In this document: positions 7,072-17,824 of the stretch, piece after piece
Layout: each line of letters starts with the position of its first letter
How positions within the stretch are numbered: position 1 is the first letter of the stretch
IMG/VR virus record: IMGVR_UViG_3300022866_000322
Coordinates: 62,001-126,000 of that record
Strand: one strand, 5' to 3'
Length of the DNA: 64,000 nucleotides
Notes under the pieces: model-generated
Seen by the model: the letters and a program-made list of their open reading frames with translations, nothing else
What the model was told of the DNA's origin: nothing
Database searches by the model: none
Program-made: the position numbers and the translations under genes

Positions 7072-10000
7072 ATGGCACAACAAATAATTGATATCGGAAC
7101 GTCCGCAGGTGACGGGACCGGTGACGAACTTCGAATAGCGTTTGATAAAGCAAATGATAACTTTACTGAACTATACTCTACCGCCGAAAACAGTGGACTA
7201 ACTTATTCGAATGTATCTACCATCACAAGTGGATCAGGTACAGACGCTAGATTTACAGTCAATCGTTACGCTAACACCTATACTGTTGATATTATTAACA
7301 GTGCTGGTAACAACTATGCTGTATCAGATACACTAACGATATTTGGTAACGCACTAGGTGGCACGTCGGGCGTAAATGATGTAACTCTTACAGTCCTCAC
7401 ACTAGGAAACGCAACAGTAGGAAACATTGCTACCATAAGCAATGTTGGTGCTCCTGCTAATCCAGTTCTCACTGTCAACGGGCAGACTGGAGATGTAACA
7501 CTAGACGTAAACGATATTGCAAATGCCGCAAGCAAAGGTTATGTAACCAATGCTATAAACGGTAACATTGCAACCTTAAGCTCAAGCTTCAACAGTGTTA
7601 ACGCCAACGTTACCGCGGCAAACAGTGCCATATCAACTCATACAAGTCAGATACAAACACTAGACGCCAACGTTGGTACACTATGGGGCAACGTAGGAGG
7701 ATTGGCCGCTACTAGAGCAACCATAAGTTATGTCGACACCAGCATCAACAACGCACTAAGCTCAAATGCTATTCTTGCCAACGTTACTAGTATCAATGCT
7801 AATGTTACTGCCGCAAATGTAAACATTGAAAACAACAGAGCCAATTTGGTAATATTCCGTGCTAACTTAGGTGTGCAGGATCTGCTGTTGGATGCGCTTG
7901 ATGCTAATGTAGGCACAATTGTTGGCAATACCAGTACTACATTCTACACACTGGTGGCCAATGCCGCTACACAAAGTGTTGCAATTACCAACAATCTTAA
8001 TCAGATAAACAACTTATTCAGCAATGCTGGGGTACAAGCAGACTCAATTAACAATCTAACTGCTAATGCCGCTACACAAGGTGCCAAGCTCGATTCGATC
8101 GATGCAAACTTGGGTGTGGCAACAACCAATATCTCAGCATTACAAAGCAACACTGGTGTTACAACAAACGAAGTTAACCTACTTCGTGCAAACATCACAG
8201 CCGCCAATGCAACTATTGGAAGCAACGATGCAGACATACTAGCAATTAATGCTAACTTGGGTTTGAGATCAACTGAGATTATTTCGTTAGATGCCAACCT
8301 TGGCACAGCAACAACCAATATCACAAGCCTTACCAGTAATGCCGCTACGCAGGCCACTAGCATTAACACACTTACTAGTAATGCCGCTACACAAGCAACT
8401 AGTATTGACACCTTAACTGCTAACGCAGGCACACAGGCTACTAGTATTGTTACACTCACATCAAACGCCGCGGCACAAAGTGTTGCACTTGTTGACCTGC
8501 AAAACAATGCAGGCGTACAAGGCGATAGTATTCGCACAATTGATGCCAATCTTGGCACGGTTGTTGGTACAACTATCCCTGCTATTGATGCTAACTTAGG
8601 AGCGTATCAAACAACTATTAACGCTAACCTGGGCACAAGAACAACTGAAATACAAACACTAGATGCTAACGTAGGTTACATCAGAACAAACTATGCAAAC
8701 ACTGCAACCAGCGCAACATTCACAGGCAATGTGGGTGCTTCCTATCTACTAGCAACTGCCAATGTTAAAATTGACGGTGTACTTGAAGTTGGATTAGCAC
8801 CAAGTTTATCTTGGCCCAACGAAGGTGCTGTGTTTACAGGTAACATAAATGCTGGTTACGAAATAGTTACACAGAACAAGAGTACTGGTACGAGCGCAAC
8901 ATCAAATTATGTTGCATACGCTAATGATGCTATACTTGGTAGTGGAGCTACCAAATACGTAGCTGTTGGCATAAACAACAGCACATTTACAGGAAACTTT
9001 ATACCTGCAGGGGTTGACAGCAAGATAGTACAATATGCACACGACGGATATTTCCAAACCGTTGGAGGCAATGCCCAGGTACAATCAGACACAGGCGTAG
9101 TTTTACAAGCAAACACAGCTTTGGCAAAACTAAACAAAGACGGCAACTTCCAACTTGTTACTGGTAACTTAACGTTTGCTGACAGTACTATACAGTCAAG
9201 TGCATTTACTGGAGGAACCTGGGCAGCCGTAGATGCTAATATCGGTGGCATAAGTGACGGAGTTACCGTTAACAGCAACGCTATATTTGCAATTAGAGCA
9301 AACACTGGATCATTCCAGACTTATGCTAACTTAAATATCAGCCAAATTAATGCAAACATGGCGGCTGCTAATGCTGTTATTGCAACCGTTGATACTGCGG
9401 CAATAGCGGCAATTAATGCAAATGTAACCGCGGCAAATGTAAACATTGCAACACTTGATGCCAATATTGGTGTAGTAGTTGGTACAACTATACCAGGCAT
9501 AAATGCCAACTTAGGTACTGTAGTTGGTACAACTATCCCAGCTATTGATGCTAATTTAGGAACAGCAACTACAAATATTACAACTGTGAATGCTAACGTA
9601 ACTGCCGCAAACTTAGCAATTACCACTGTGAATAATAATGTAACTGCCGCAAACTTAGCAATTACAACAATTGATGCTAATGTAGGTACAATTGTAGGCA
9701 CAACTATTCCTGCTATTGATGCAAACATTGGTACTACTGTTGGTACAACTATCCCAGCAATTGATGCTAATGTAGGTACAATTGTAGGCACAACTATTCC
9801 TGCTATTGATGCTAATGTAGGTACAATTGTAGGCACAACCATACCGTCACTTGCAACTTTGTCAAGTTTCAATACACTTGATGCCAATGTTGGTGTGGTA
9901 GTTGGTACAACTATACCAGGTATAAATGCTAACTTGGGAATTGTAGTTGGCACCACTATACCAGCTATTGATGCTAACTTGGGCACAACTGTTGGCACAA

Positions 10001-12309
10001 CTATCCCAGCAATTGATGCTAACTTAGGCACAGCAACAACTAATATAACAACACTTGATGCTAACGTAGGCACAACTGTTGGCACAACCCTACCAACACT
10101 AAATGCAAATATTGGAGCATACCAAACTTACGCTAATGCTAATTTTAGTGGTAGCACCTATGGTGATGCTAATGTAGCCGCTTATAACGGTAACATGAAC
10201 AACCTGGGCACAGTTACTACAGGAACAATAAACGCAACTACTGGTAATATTACAAACCTTGGTGCCACACTGACTACAGTCGCGCAACCAAATATCACAA
10301 GTGTAGGGCAGTTGACCTCACTGAATGTGTTTGGCAACGCCATTGTTAACGGTAACTTAACGGTTGCAAACCTAAACAGTATTGCAAGTCACACAATTAA
10401 CGTACAAGACCCATTGTTGTACTTGACTGCAAATACAGTATATCCATACAACTACGACATTGGTACGTTTAGTCAATTCGTTGGTGGGTCCGCTAATGTT
10501 TATCAACACACAGGTGTTGTGCGTGATTACACCGACAGCACTTGGAAAGTATTCAGTAATGTTGATGCAGAACCTGGTGCAACAATAAACTGGGCAGACA
10601 CAGACATAATATGGGATAGATTAAGAGTTGGTAACTTAACAATTGCCAACACCACAGCATCAACAACCTCCACAACTGGAGCATTGATACTTGCAGGTGG
10701 TGCTGGCGTAGCAGGAGCAATTAATTCCGCAGGAAACGTTGGAGCTCCGCATGTAAATGCTACAACCTCAATACAAGCACCCACTATCAATGCCGCTACA
10801 AGTTTAACAGCAGTAGCCGCAACAATCAGTGCTAATGCAAGTGTAAATCATCTTAATGCTACAACATCAATACAAGCACCCACTATCAATGCCGCTACTG
10901 CACTTACAGCAGTAGCCGCAACAATCAGTGCAAATGCAAGTGTAAACCATCTTAATGCTACAACCTCAATACAAGCACCCACTATCAATGCCGCTACTGC
11001 ACTTACAGCAGTAGCCGCTACAATTAGTGCTAACGTAGGTGCAAGTCATGTAAACGTAACAAACTCATTGCAAGCTACTACTGTTAACGGTGATACAGTA
11101 AATGCTGGCACATTACAAATTGGTGCCGGTAGTATTACTGCTACAGCGGCAGAGCTTAACGTTCTTGATAATGCTGTAGCAGATACCGTAGTAAGTAGTA
11201 AGGGTGTAATTTACAGTTCAGCAGGTAATATCAGAGCAAATGCATTTAACACAACTGGAAGTTTACAAGCAGTTACAGTAAACGCTACTGGAAACGTAGG
11301 CGGAGTACACTTGAATGCAACCACAAGTGTACAAGCACCAACTATTAATGCCGCTACAAGTTTAACAGCCGTGGCTGCAACGATTAGTGCTAACGCCGCT
11401 GTAAATCACTTGAATGCAACTACAAGCGTACAAGCACCAACTATCAACGCCGCTACAAGTTTAACAGCAGTGGCTGCAACAATCAGTGCAAATGCAAGTG
11501 TAAATCACTTGAATGCAACCACAAGTGTACAAGCACCAACTATTAATGCCGCTACAGCACTTACAGCAGTGGCCGCAACAATCAGTGCTAACTTAGCCGC
11601 AAGTCATGTAAATGTAACCAACACAGTACAAGCTGCCACAGTAAACGGAACCACAGCAGTAACGGGAGCCGCAGGTACGTTCAGTGCTAATGTAGGTGCC
11701 AATCATGTCATTGCCTCAACAAGCATGCAGGCACCAACTATTAATGCCGCTACAGCACTTACAGCAGTGGCCGCAACAATCAGTGCAAATGCAAGTGTAA
11801 ATCACTTGAATGCAACCACAAGTGTACAAGCACCAACTATTAATGCCGCTGGAAACGTAAGCGCGATACACGGAAACTTCAGTGGCAACGTTTCAGCGAC
11901 ATACTTTGCAGGTACTGCTACTGGAGCTCTATATGCTGACTTGGCAGAGAATTATCAGGCAGATACTACATACGATCCAGGTACTGTATTGGTATTTGGC
12001 GGTGAACAGGAAGTTACAGTTACAACTGTATCACATGATGAAAGAGTAGCAGGTATTGTTAGTACAAATCCAGCCTACTTGATGAACACAGGCGGCGGAA
12101 GTGTTGCAGTTGGACTTACAGGACGTTTACCGTGTATGGTTCAAGGACCAGTTAACAAAGGTACACTGCTAGTAACAAGCGCGACGCCAGGTGTTGCTGT
12201 AGCATTGGACAGGACACAGTATCAGCCGGGATGTGTTATTGGTAAGAGCTTAGAAATAATTGAAGACAACTCTGTTGCACTAATTGAAGTAGCAGTAGGT
12301 AGATACTAA
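7072..12309 (+). CDS. Long tail fibre/adhesin-like structural protein with C-terminal chaperone-like domain
   Basis: N-terminal IDIGTSAGDGTGDELRIAFDKANDNFTELY (T4 gp9/gp10-type baseplate-attachment motif); A/T/N/G-rich repeats; C-terminal YADLAENY...STNPAYLMN...GRLPC domain typical of fibre intramolecular chaperones. Confidence 0.85.
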   Translation: MAQQIIDIGTSAGDGTGDELRIAFDKANDNFTELYSTAENSGLTYSNVSTITSGSGTDARFTVNRYANTYTVDIINSAGNNYAVSDTLTIFGNALGGTSGVNDVTLTVLTLGNATVGNIATISNVGAPANPVLTVNGQTGDVTLDVNDIANAASKGYVTNAINGNIATLSSSFNSVNANVTAANSAISTHTSQIQTLDANVGTLWGNVGGLAATRATISYVDTSINNALSSNAILANVTSINANVTAANVNIENNRANLVIFRANLGVQDLLLDALDANVGTIVGNTSTTFYTLVANAATQSVAITNNLNQINNLFSNAGVQADSINNLTANAATQGAKLDSIDANLGVATTNISALQSNTGVTTNEVNLLRANITAANATIGSNDADILAINANLGLRSTEIISLDANLGTATTNITSLTSNAATQATSINTLTSNAATQATSIDTLTANAGTQATSIVTLTSNAAAQSVALVDLQNNAGVQGDSIRTIDANLGTVVGTTIPAIDANLGAYQTTINANLGTRTTEIQTLDANVGYIRTNYANTATSATFTGNVGASYLLATANVKIDGVLEVGLAPSLSWPNEGAVFTGNINAGYEIVTQNKSTGTSATSNYVAYANDAILGSGATKYVAVGINNSTFTGNFIPAGVDSKIVQYAHDGYFQTVGGNAQVQSDTGVVLQANTALAKLNKDGNFQLVTGNLTFADSTIQSSAFTGGTWAAVDANIGGISDGVTVNSNAIFAIRANTGSFQTYANLNISQINANMAAANAVIATVDTAAIAAINANVTAANVNIATLDANIGVVVGTTIPGINANLGTVVGTTIPAIDANLGTATTNITTVNANVTAANLAITTVNNNVTAANLAITTIDANVGTIVGTTIPAIDANIGTTVGTTIPAIDANVGTIVGTTIPAIDANVGTIVGTTIPSLATLSSFNTLDANVGVVVGTTIPGINANLGIVVGTTIPAIDANLGTTVGTTIPAIDANLGTATTNITTLDANVGTTVGTTLPTLNANIGAYQTYANANFSGSTYGDANVAAYNGNMNNLGTVTTGTINATTGNITNLGATLTTVAQPNITSVGQLTSLNVFGNAIVNGNLTVANLNSIASHTINVQDPLLYLTANTVYPYNYDIGTFSQFVGGSANVYQHTGVVRDYTDSTWKVFSNVDAEPGATINWADTDIIWDRLRVGNLTIANTTASTTSTTGALILAGGAGVAGAINSAGNVGAPHVNATTSIQAPTINAATSLTAVAATISANASVNHLNATTSIQAPTINAATALTAVAATISANASVNHLNATTSIQAPTINAATALTAVAATISANVGASHVNVTNSLQATTVNGDTVNAGTLQIGAGSITATAAELNVLDNAVADTVVSSKGVIYSSAGNIRANAFNTTGSLQAVTVNATGNVGGVHLNATTSVQAPTINAATSLTAVAATISANAAVNHLNATTSVQAPTINAATSLTAVAATISANASVNHLNATTSVQAPTINAATALTAVAATISANLAASHVNVTNTVQAATVNGTTAVTGAAGTFSANVGANHVIASTSMQAPTINAATALTAVAATISANASVNHLNATTSVQAPTINAAGNVSAIHGNFSGNVSATYFAGTATGALYADLAENYQADTTYDPGTVLVFGGEQEVTVTTVSHDERVAGIVSTNPAYLMNTGGGSVAVGLTGRLPCMVQGPVNKGTLLVTSATPGVAVALDRTQYQPGCVIGKSLEIIEDNSVALIEVAVGRY
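8329..8490 (+). repeat. In-frame 14-aa (42 nt) tandem repeats, coiled-coil type
   Basis: LTSNAATQATSINT / LTSNAATQATSIDT / LTANAGTQATSIVT. Confidence 0.8.
9451..10100 (+). repeat. In-frame 15-aa (45 nt) tandem repeats
   Basis: IDANVGTIVGTTIPA-type units; near-identical DNA copies at about 9671 and 9761. Confidence 0.85.
10750..11850 (+). repeat. In-frame 33-aa (99 nt) repeats in blocks
   Basis: HLNATTSIQAPTINAATALTAVAATISANASVN-type units, about 9-10 copies including degenerate ones. Confidence 0.85.
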
Positions 12310-12337
12310 ACAAGTAAATATTAAAAACGGATAAAAA

Positions 12338-14302
12338 ATGGCGTACATTAACATTAACACAGGAGCAGTAGCAAACGACGGAACCGGTGATACTATACGG
12401 TCTGCGTTTGGAACTGTTAATGACAATTTTCAAACATTTAACGAAGGGCTATTTGCAGGCACAAGACAAAGCATAATCAGTGCCGCAAGTGTAACTGGTG
12501 GGTACATTGTATCCAACACCTATGTCCTTGCTTCATCTTATGTTAATGCAGACAGTATTGTGGGCAACACAGTTACCAGTTATGGTAATTTGTTTGTTAG
12601 CCAGGACGGTGCAACCATTGTAGGTAATGTTACTATTGTGGGTAACTTGAGTGTTAGTGGCTCACAATCCAGCAGTGCAAGTCAAAACACAAGTGCTCCT
12701 ATTTTGGACCTACACTTTGATGGTGGTGGACTCAGCAGTGACGACGGCAAAGATATTGGTATTGCCGCACAATACTATGATGTTGCTGAAAAGAAATTCT
12801 TCCTTGGATGGCAGAACACTTCAGAAAGTTTAGTCTACTTAGACAACACAACTGTTGCGTCAAATGTTGTTACAGCAGGCACACCAGGTAATGTACAGTT
12901 TGGTCAATTGATGTTGAGCAACACACTGTCATCAACTTCGAGCACAACAGGTGCATTAATAGTTAAAGGTGGCACAGGTGTTGCTGGTAATGTACACATT
13001 GCTGGAAACTTAGTAACTGCCAACACAGGTACAGTCAGTACAGGCAATATTACCGTTAGAGGCTTCCATGTTGGAAACATGAACTTTAGTGGTGCAGACA
13101 CGATTTATATTAACGGTAGTCCAGTTGTAACTTCAGCTGGTGCGTTCAATGGTGGTACTGTTGGACTAGCGACTACATTCCAATCAGCAACAGCTTCAAC
13201 CAGTAAAACAACTGGTGCTGTGATTATTACAGGTGGATTGGGTGTGTCGGGTAATACCTTTGTAAGTGACATACACGCTGTTGGCACCAATGCGGCATTC
13301 CGTGGAAACCTATTAGGTACACTGAAAACAAATGCACAACCAAGTGTTACCAGTTTAGGTACACTAACAAGTTTAGTAACTTCAGGAATCTTTACTTCTG
13401 GTGGTAACGTAATGCCAAGTGTTACTAATACACATTGGTTGGGCGACAAGAACACAGCCAGATGGGCACAAGTACATGCAGGTACATTAGATGTAACCAC
13501 TATTGCAAGTGCTCCGCAATTTAGTGGTATTCCTAATTTTACAGCAAATGCTGTATATACTAGTGGAACAGCATCTAGTAGTAAAACTAGCGGTGCTATC
13601 GTAGTCACTGGATCAGGTGGTGTTGGCGTTGGCGGAGATGTGCGATCAGCCAAGTTATACGTTGATGCTGGCGTTTTTTGGTCAGGCAACAGTGCTCCAT
13701 TTGCTAGTGTAGGCGGAGCAGATACACAGGTACAGTTTAACGATAACGGTACTCTTGGTGGTGACGCAGGATTAATTTTTAATAAAACAACAAACGATTT
13801 AACTAGCACAGGAAACATAGCCGCAAATCATGTAAATGTAACTAACACAGTGCAAGGTAATATAGTTAATGCAGTGACTGCTATAACAAGTAATACAGGT
13901 GTGTTTACTGGTAATGTATCTGCAAGCTACTTAATAGGTACATCAACACAAGCTCTATATGCTGACTTGGCTGAGAAATATACCACGGACCAAGTCTATG
14001 CACCAGGTACAGTTGTTGTAGTTGGTGGCACAGCAGAAGTAACAGCAAGTTCAGAAGGTCAACGAGCAATTGGTGTTATATCTACAGCACCAGCGTTCTT
14101 AATGAACAAAGATGGAGATGGACAAGCAGTTGCACTAAAAGGGCGTGTACCATGTCGTGTAGTAGGTGCAGTTGCCAAAGGTGACGAGCTAGTACCGGCA
14201 GACAACGGATGTGCAAAAGTAGGCGACAGTAGAGTATTTGGTGTTGCACTAGACACCAGCGCAGAAACTGTAGAAAGAGTTATTGAAATAGTGGTGTTAT
14301 AA
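12338..14302 (+). CDS. Second tail fibre-like protein, paralogue of 7072-12309
   Basis: Same N-terminal GAVANDGTGDTIRSAF motif and C-terminal YADLAEKY...STAPAFLMN...GRVPCRV domain; GTAAATA motif at 12314-12320 upstream. Confidence 0.85.
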   Translation: MAYININTGAVANDGTGDTIRSAFGTVNDNFQTFNEGLFAGTRQSIISAASVTGGYIVSNTYVLASSYVNADSIVGNTVTSYGNLFVSQDGATIVGNVTIVGNLSVSGSQSSSASQNTSAPILDLHFDGGGLSSDDGKDIGIAAQYYDVAEKKFFLGWQNTSESLVYLDNTTVASNVVTAGTPGNVQFGQLMLSNTLSSTSSTTGALIVKGGTGVAGNVHIAGNLVTANTGTVSTGNITVRGFHVGNMNFSGADTIYINGSPVVTSAGAFNGGTVGLATTFQSATASTSKTTGAVIITGGLGVSGNTFVSDIHAVGTNAAFRGNLLGTLKTNAQPSVTSLGTLTSLVTSGIFTSGGNVMPSVTNTHWLGDKNTARWAQVHAGTLDVTTIASAPQFSGIPNFTANAVYTSGTASSSKTSGAIVVTGSGGVGVGGDVRSAKLYVDAGVFWSGNSAPFASVGGADTQVQFNDNGTLGGDAGLIFNKTTNDLTSTGNIAANHVNVTNTVQGNIVNAVTAITSNTGVFTGNVSASYLIGTSTQALYADLAEKYTTDQVYAPGTVVVVGGTAEVTASSEGQRAIGVISTAPAFLMNKDGDGQAVALKGRVPCRVVGAVAKGDELVPADNGCAKVGDSRVFGVALDTSAETVERVIEIVVL

Positions 14303-17300
14303 ATGAGCACAATTACATGGGTAACCGCTAAAGGTGATTTGGGAACAATACCTGAATCCCAGTACTTTAAGTTACAATTATCAGCAACAGACAGCGACAG
14401 TCAACCATTAACTTATAGTTTAATTGCAGGTGAGCTTCCAGGTGGAATGTACATAACACGTGCAGGTGAATTCCGCGGTGCTCCGACGATTCTTAGTGCA
14501 GTTAACCAAAGCAAAGCATATAGTTTTACTGCCAGAGCCTCCAATGACGACGGTGACGTCGCAGATAGATCCTTTACACTAACAGTCAGCAATGCAGTTG
14601 GCCCACAAATTTTCCCACGTCCGGACTTGATTGGTGCATTCTTTGATGGCGAATTTTTAAGTTATCAATTTGTAACTATAAATGACAACCCTAGTGCCAC
14701 AGCAACTTACAAAGTGGTCCAAGGTGACCTACCTCCAGGCACAACACTAAGTTCAACAGGATTACTATCTGGCTATGTTGATATCATTGCCGCTAATATT
14801 GATGATCTAGGATACGAAGCGGCTGCATACGAAACAATTATTTTTGATGCATTACCTGAAAGCACAGACAAATACTTTAATTTTAGAGTAGAAGTTACTG
14901 ATGGTGGAAAATTTGATACAGTAGATGTTAGAACATTAATTGTAAGCAAGTCAAACTTTACTGCTGATAACGATATCACCGTTGTCAATAATACATTTAT
15001 TACAATTGATCATGATAACCGTTATCGTCCAATCATACTTAACGCTCCGGATAGCCTTCCTGCACGTGTAGCCGGGGACACACTTGCTTACAAATTCCTT
15101 GCATACGACCCAGAGGCAAAAGACGTACAATGGGAAGTTGCAGAACTTGCTTTTAGTGGATTAGATCAACTTGATACCCCTGTAATACAAACACTTAATG
15201 GTGACGGTAGTACTGGACCTTACACACTAGACACCGCGGCTGCCGCAGTTGACATCAGTGTAAGAATAAACGATACGATATATCTTCCCACTATAGACTA
15301 TACCACGTCAGGGACAAACTTAACGTTTACAAGTCTAACACCTAGTGCCAGTGATGTAATCACTGTTCTATATATTGCGCCAGGTACTGGTTTTGATTCA
15401 TTGCTGTTTGATCAAGGTGCTGAAGGACTACCGATCGGGTTAACAATTAACCGAGACACAGGTTGGCTGTTTGGTACCTTGCCTACCCAGACTGAAGAAA
15501 CTAAAACATACAATGTATCTGTCAGAGCATTCAGAGAACTAGATCCAGGGGTAAAGAGTGACCCTGTTGTATTCAGCATAACAGTACAACGTACTCTGAA
15601 CGAACAAATTATATGGAACACTAATGAAAATTTAGGCATAATGGATAACGGTGCTGTAAGTAAACTATCTATTAGCGCATACAATACATTAGGTAAAGAA
15701 TTAGAATACAGTACAGTTTACCAGCCTTATCGTAGAATCCCACAAGGTTTAAAAGTACTGAGTACCGGAAACTTAGTAGGGCGTGTTTCTTTTAGATACT
15801 TTAGTTTAGATGCGGCAGTAGGATATCTGCCAGTGACCAGCACAACAGATTTAGAAGTAGGAATGAGTGTGCAAGGCATAGGCGTAGCGGCAGGGTGTAA
15901 GATAACTGCAATAGTAGATAGTAAAACTGTAGAGGTGCAACCAGCAATTTATGTTGTGCAAGGAACGCTGTTAACATTCAGTAACGACACTACAACCAAA
16001 GTAAGATCTACAACAAGTAATGCAATTACCACAGCTATAGACAGTGGTACAACGACGTTTGATCAGAATTGTAGGTTTACTGTAAAAGCAACAACACGAG
16101 ATGGTACAAGCAGTGCTACTAAGAGCTTTAGGGTGTTTATCAAGTCTAGAAACTTAGCACCTTACGAAAATCTATATCTAAAAGCATTGCCAGATAATAC
16201 AGAAAGAAGATCATATGTTAATACTGTGACAAATCCTTCTTTTGTTCCGCCTGCAAATGTGTATAGACCAGATGATGCTTACTTTGGAATACAAAAAAAT
16301 ATTAAATTCTTATTCTCAGCTGGTTTAAGTGTTGCACAAGCATCTGAAATGGTGTCGACTATAGCACTTAATCATTATACAAAAAGTATTAACTTCGGTG
16401 CAATTAAAACAGCTAGAGCATTGGACTCAAGCGGAAATGTAGAATACGAAGTGGTATATGCAGACATTATTGACAATCAAATGTTTGCAGGAAATAGTCC
16501 ACCGCTTAGTACTACACTCACAAACACTAACCCATACATTCAAAACGGTGTTGAGTATGGTAATACCATTTATACCAATAGCTTTACTAACATGCAAAAG
16601 CGATTAGAAACAGGTTTAGGTTATACCAACAGCGGTGCTTTGCCCCGTTGGATGACCAGTGTACAAACCAATGGTAAGGTATTGGGGCTTATTAGAGCAG
16701 TGCCATTGGTTTACACAAACCCAGGTGCATCCGAACTAATAGCGTATAGACTAAGGAATAGTGGGTTTACTTTAAATACTATCCCATTCACGGTGGACAG
16801 ATATCAATGGGATAACTCACTAAGTAAGTTCTTTGACACTACGACTAATAAGTTCTTACCTAGCAGAGACACAACGTTTGATAAGTTAGTAGATCTTAAT
16901 GCAGGAACGGATGTAATCACAACATCAGTTGTAGGCTCAGTTACTAATGCAAATGCTATTGTTGTTTCGGATAACCTAAAAATTGGTTATGGCTGGACGT
17001 TATCAAGTGTAGATACGTTATCGTCTGGTATAGACGATAATGTGTTTATAACCAACGTACAAGAAAACGTGGGCTCACAAAACTTAACATTAAGTGCAAA
17101 TATTACTGCATCAGCAGGCGCAGGGATCAAATTCAATGGTACCGCTTCAGTTGACTATGCAGTTAGCAAATCGTTTAATAGCATAGACAGTGAGTTACTA
17201 AGTAGAGTAAAATTGCTAGGACTTATAGACGGTGTTACTAACATTCAACCATTTGAAAAAATAATCTTTGCTAAACAATTTGGGTTTGACACTGAAGCAG

Positions 17301-17824
17301 TCAACGACGGTTGGGTCCGCGGTGATGGTACAACATTCATATATGGATATTTAGAAAAACAGTCAGGATTAAGTTCTGTAAACCAGCGGGGCGGAGTGTG
17401 GCAAATAACATACGAAACAATACCAGATGAAGGTTTTGACGAATCGATAGGGTTTGATGAAACTATACCTGGTTTTGAACATTCAAGACTGGATGCAGGT
17501 AGTGACCAAGAAATAAGATTAGAGTTTATAAGCGAAATATTTGTAAATCAAACAGTAAAAGTTCGCGGCGGTCGAACATACCCATCGTCTACATTACAAT
17601 ATACATTTGATGGAGGAGAGGCTACACCAACTTTCTTAGTGTTTTCAGAGGCGCAAGGAACTGAAACAACATTTGATGGTGGCAGTATGACTAGCAAAGA
17701 AGGAGATCCTACTGTAGGAGGTGTTCGTGGGGGCACAGCTTTCAGTAATAATAGAGACAAATATATGGAACCTGAAACAGAGGATAAATATATCAAGTTC
17801 CCACAGAATGGAGTATTTGTATAA
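14303..17824 (+). CDS. Large baseplate/tail structural protein with Ig-like repeats
   Basis: Four GxLPxG...G.L.G repeats (GELPGG, GDLPPG, GLPIG, RIPQG); starts immediately after the upstream stop (TAA-ATG). Confidence 0.7.
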   Translation: MSTITWVTAKGDLGTIPESQYFKLQLSATDSDSQPLTYSLIAGELPGGMYITRAGEFRGAPTILSAVNQSKAYSFTARASNDDGDVADRSFTLTVSNAVGPQIFPRPDLIGAFFDGEFLSYQFVTINDNPSATATYKVVQGDLPPGTTLSSTGLLSGYVDIIAANIDDLGYEAAAYETIIFDALPESTDKYFNFRVEVTDGGKFDTVDVRTLIVSKSNFTADNDITVVNNTFITIDHDNRYRPIILNAPDSLPARVAGDTLAYKFLAYDPEAKDVQWEVAELAFSGLDQLDTPVIQTLNGDGSTGPYTLDTAAAAVDISVRINDTIYLPTIDYTTSGTNLTFTSLTPSASDVITVLYIAPGTGFDSLLFDQGAEGLPIGLTINRDTGWLFGTLPTQTEETKTYNVSVRAFRELDPGVKSDPVVFSITVQRTLNEQIIWNTNENLGIMDNGAVSKLSISAYNTLGKELEYSTVYQPYRRIPQGLKVLSTGNLVGRVSFRYFSLDAAVGYLPVTSTTDLEVGMSVQGIGVAAGCKITAIVDSKTVEVQPAIYVVQGTLLTFSNDTTTKVRSTTSNAITTAIDSGTTTFDQNCRFTVKATTRDGTSSATKSFRVFIKSRNLAPYENLYLKALPDNTERRSYVNTVTNPSFVPPANVYRPDDAYFGIQKNIKFLFSAGLSVAQASEMVSTIALNHYTKSINFGAIKTARALDSSGNVEYEVVYADIIDNQMFAGNSPPLSTTLTNTNPYIQNGVEYGNTIYTNSFTNMQKRLETGLGYTNSGALPRWMTSVQTNGKVLGLIRAVPLVYTNPGASELIAYRLRNSGFTLNTIPFTVDRYQWDNSLSKFFDTTTNKFLPSRDTTFDKLVDLNAGTDVITTSVVGSVTNANAIVVSDNLKIGYGWTLSSVDTLSSGIDDNVFITNVQENVGSQNLTLSANITASAGAGIKFNGTASVDYAVSKSFNSIDSELLSRVKLLGLIDGVTNIQPFEKIIFAKQFGFDTEAVNDGWVRGDGTTFIYGYLEKQSGLSSVNQRGGVWQITYETIPDEGFDESIGFDETIPGFEHSRLDAGSDQEIRLEFISEIFVNQTVKVRGGRTYPSSTLQYTFDGGEATPTFLVFSEAQGTETTFDGGSMTSKEGDPTVGGVRGGTAFSNNRDKYMEPETEDKYIKFPQNGVFV

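Noticed and set aside
9451-10100. Ice-binding function for the Thr-rich fibre repeats
   Set aside because: No regular TxT register, and similar compositions are common in phage fibres; the sequence gives no support.
8300-11850. Tandem DNA repeats resembling a CRISPR array
   Set aside because: Units are multiples of 3 (42, 45, 99 nt), in frame, vary at synonymous sites and lack unique spacers; no cas genes are present.
7072-14302. Diversity-generating retroelement acting on fibre genes
   Set aside because: No reverse transcriptase in the window and no template/variable repeat pair with adenine-specific mismatches.
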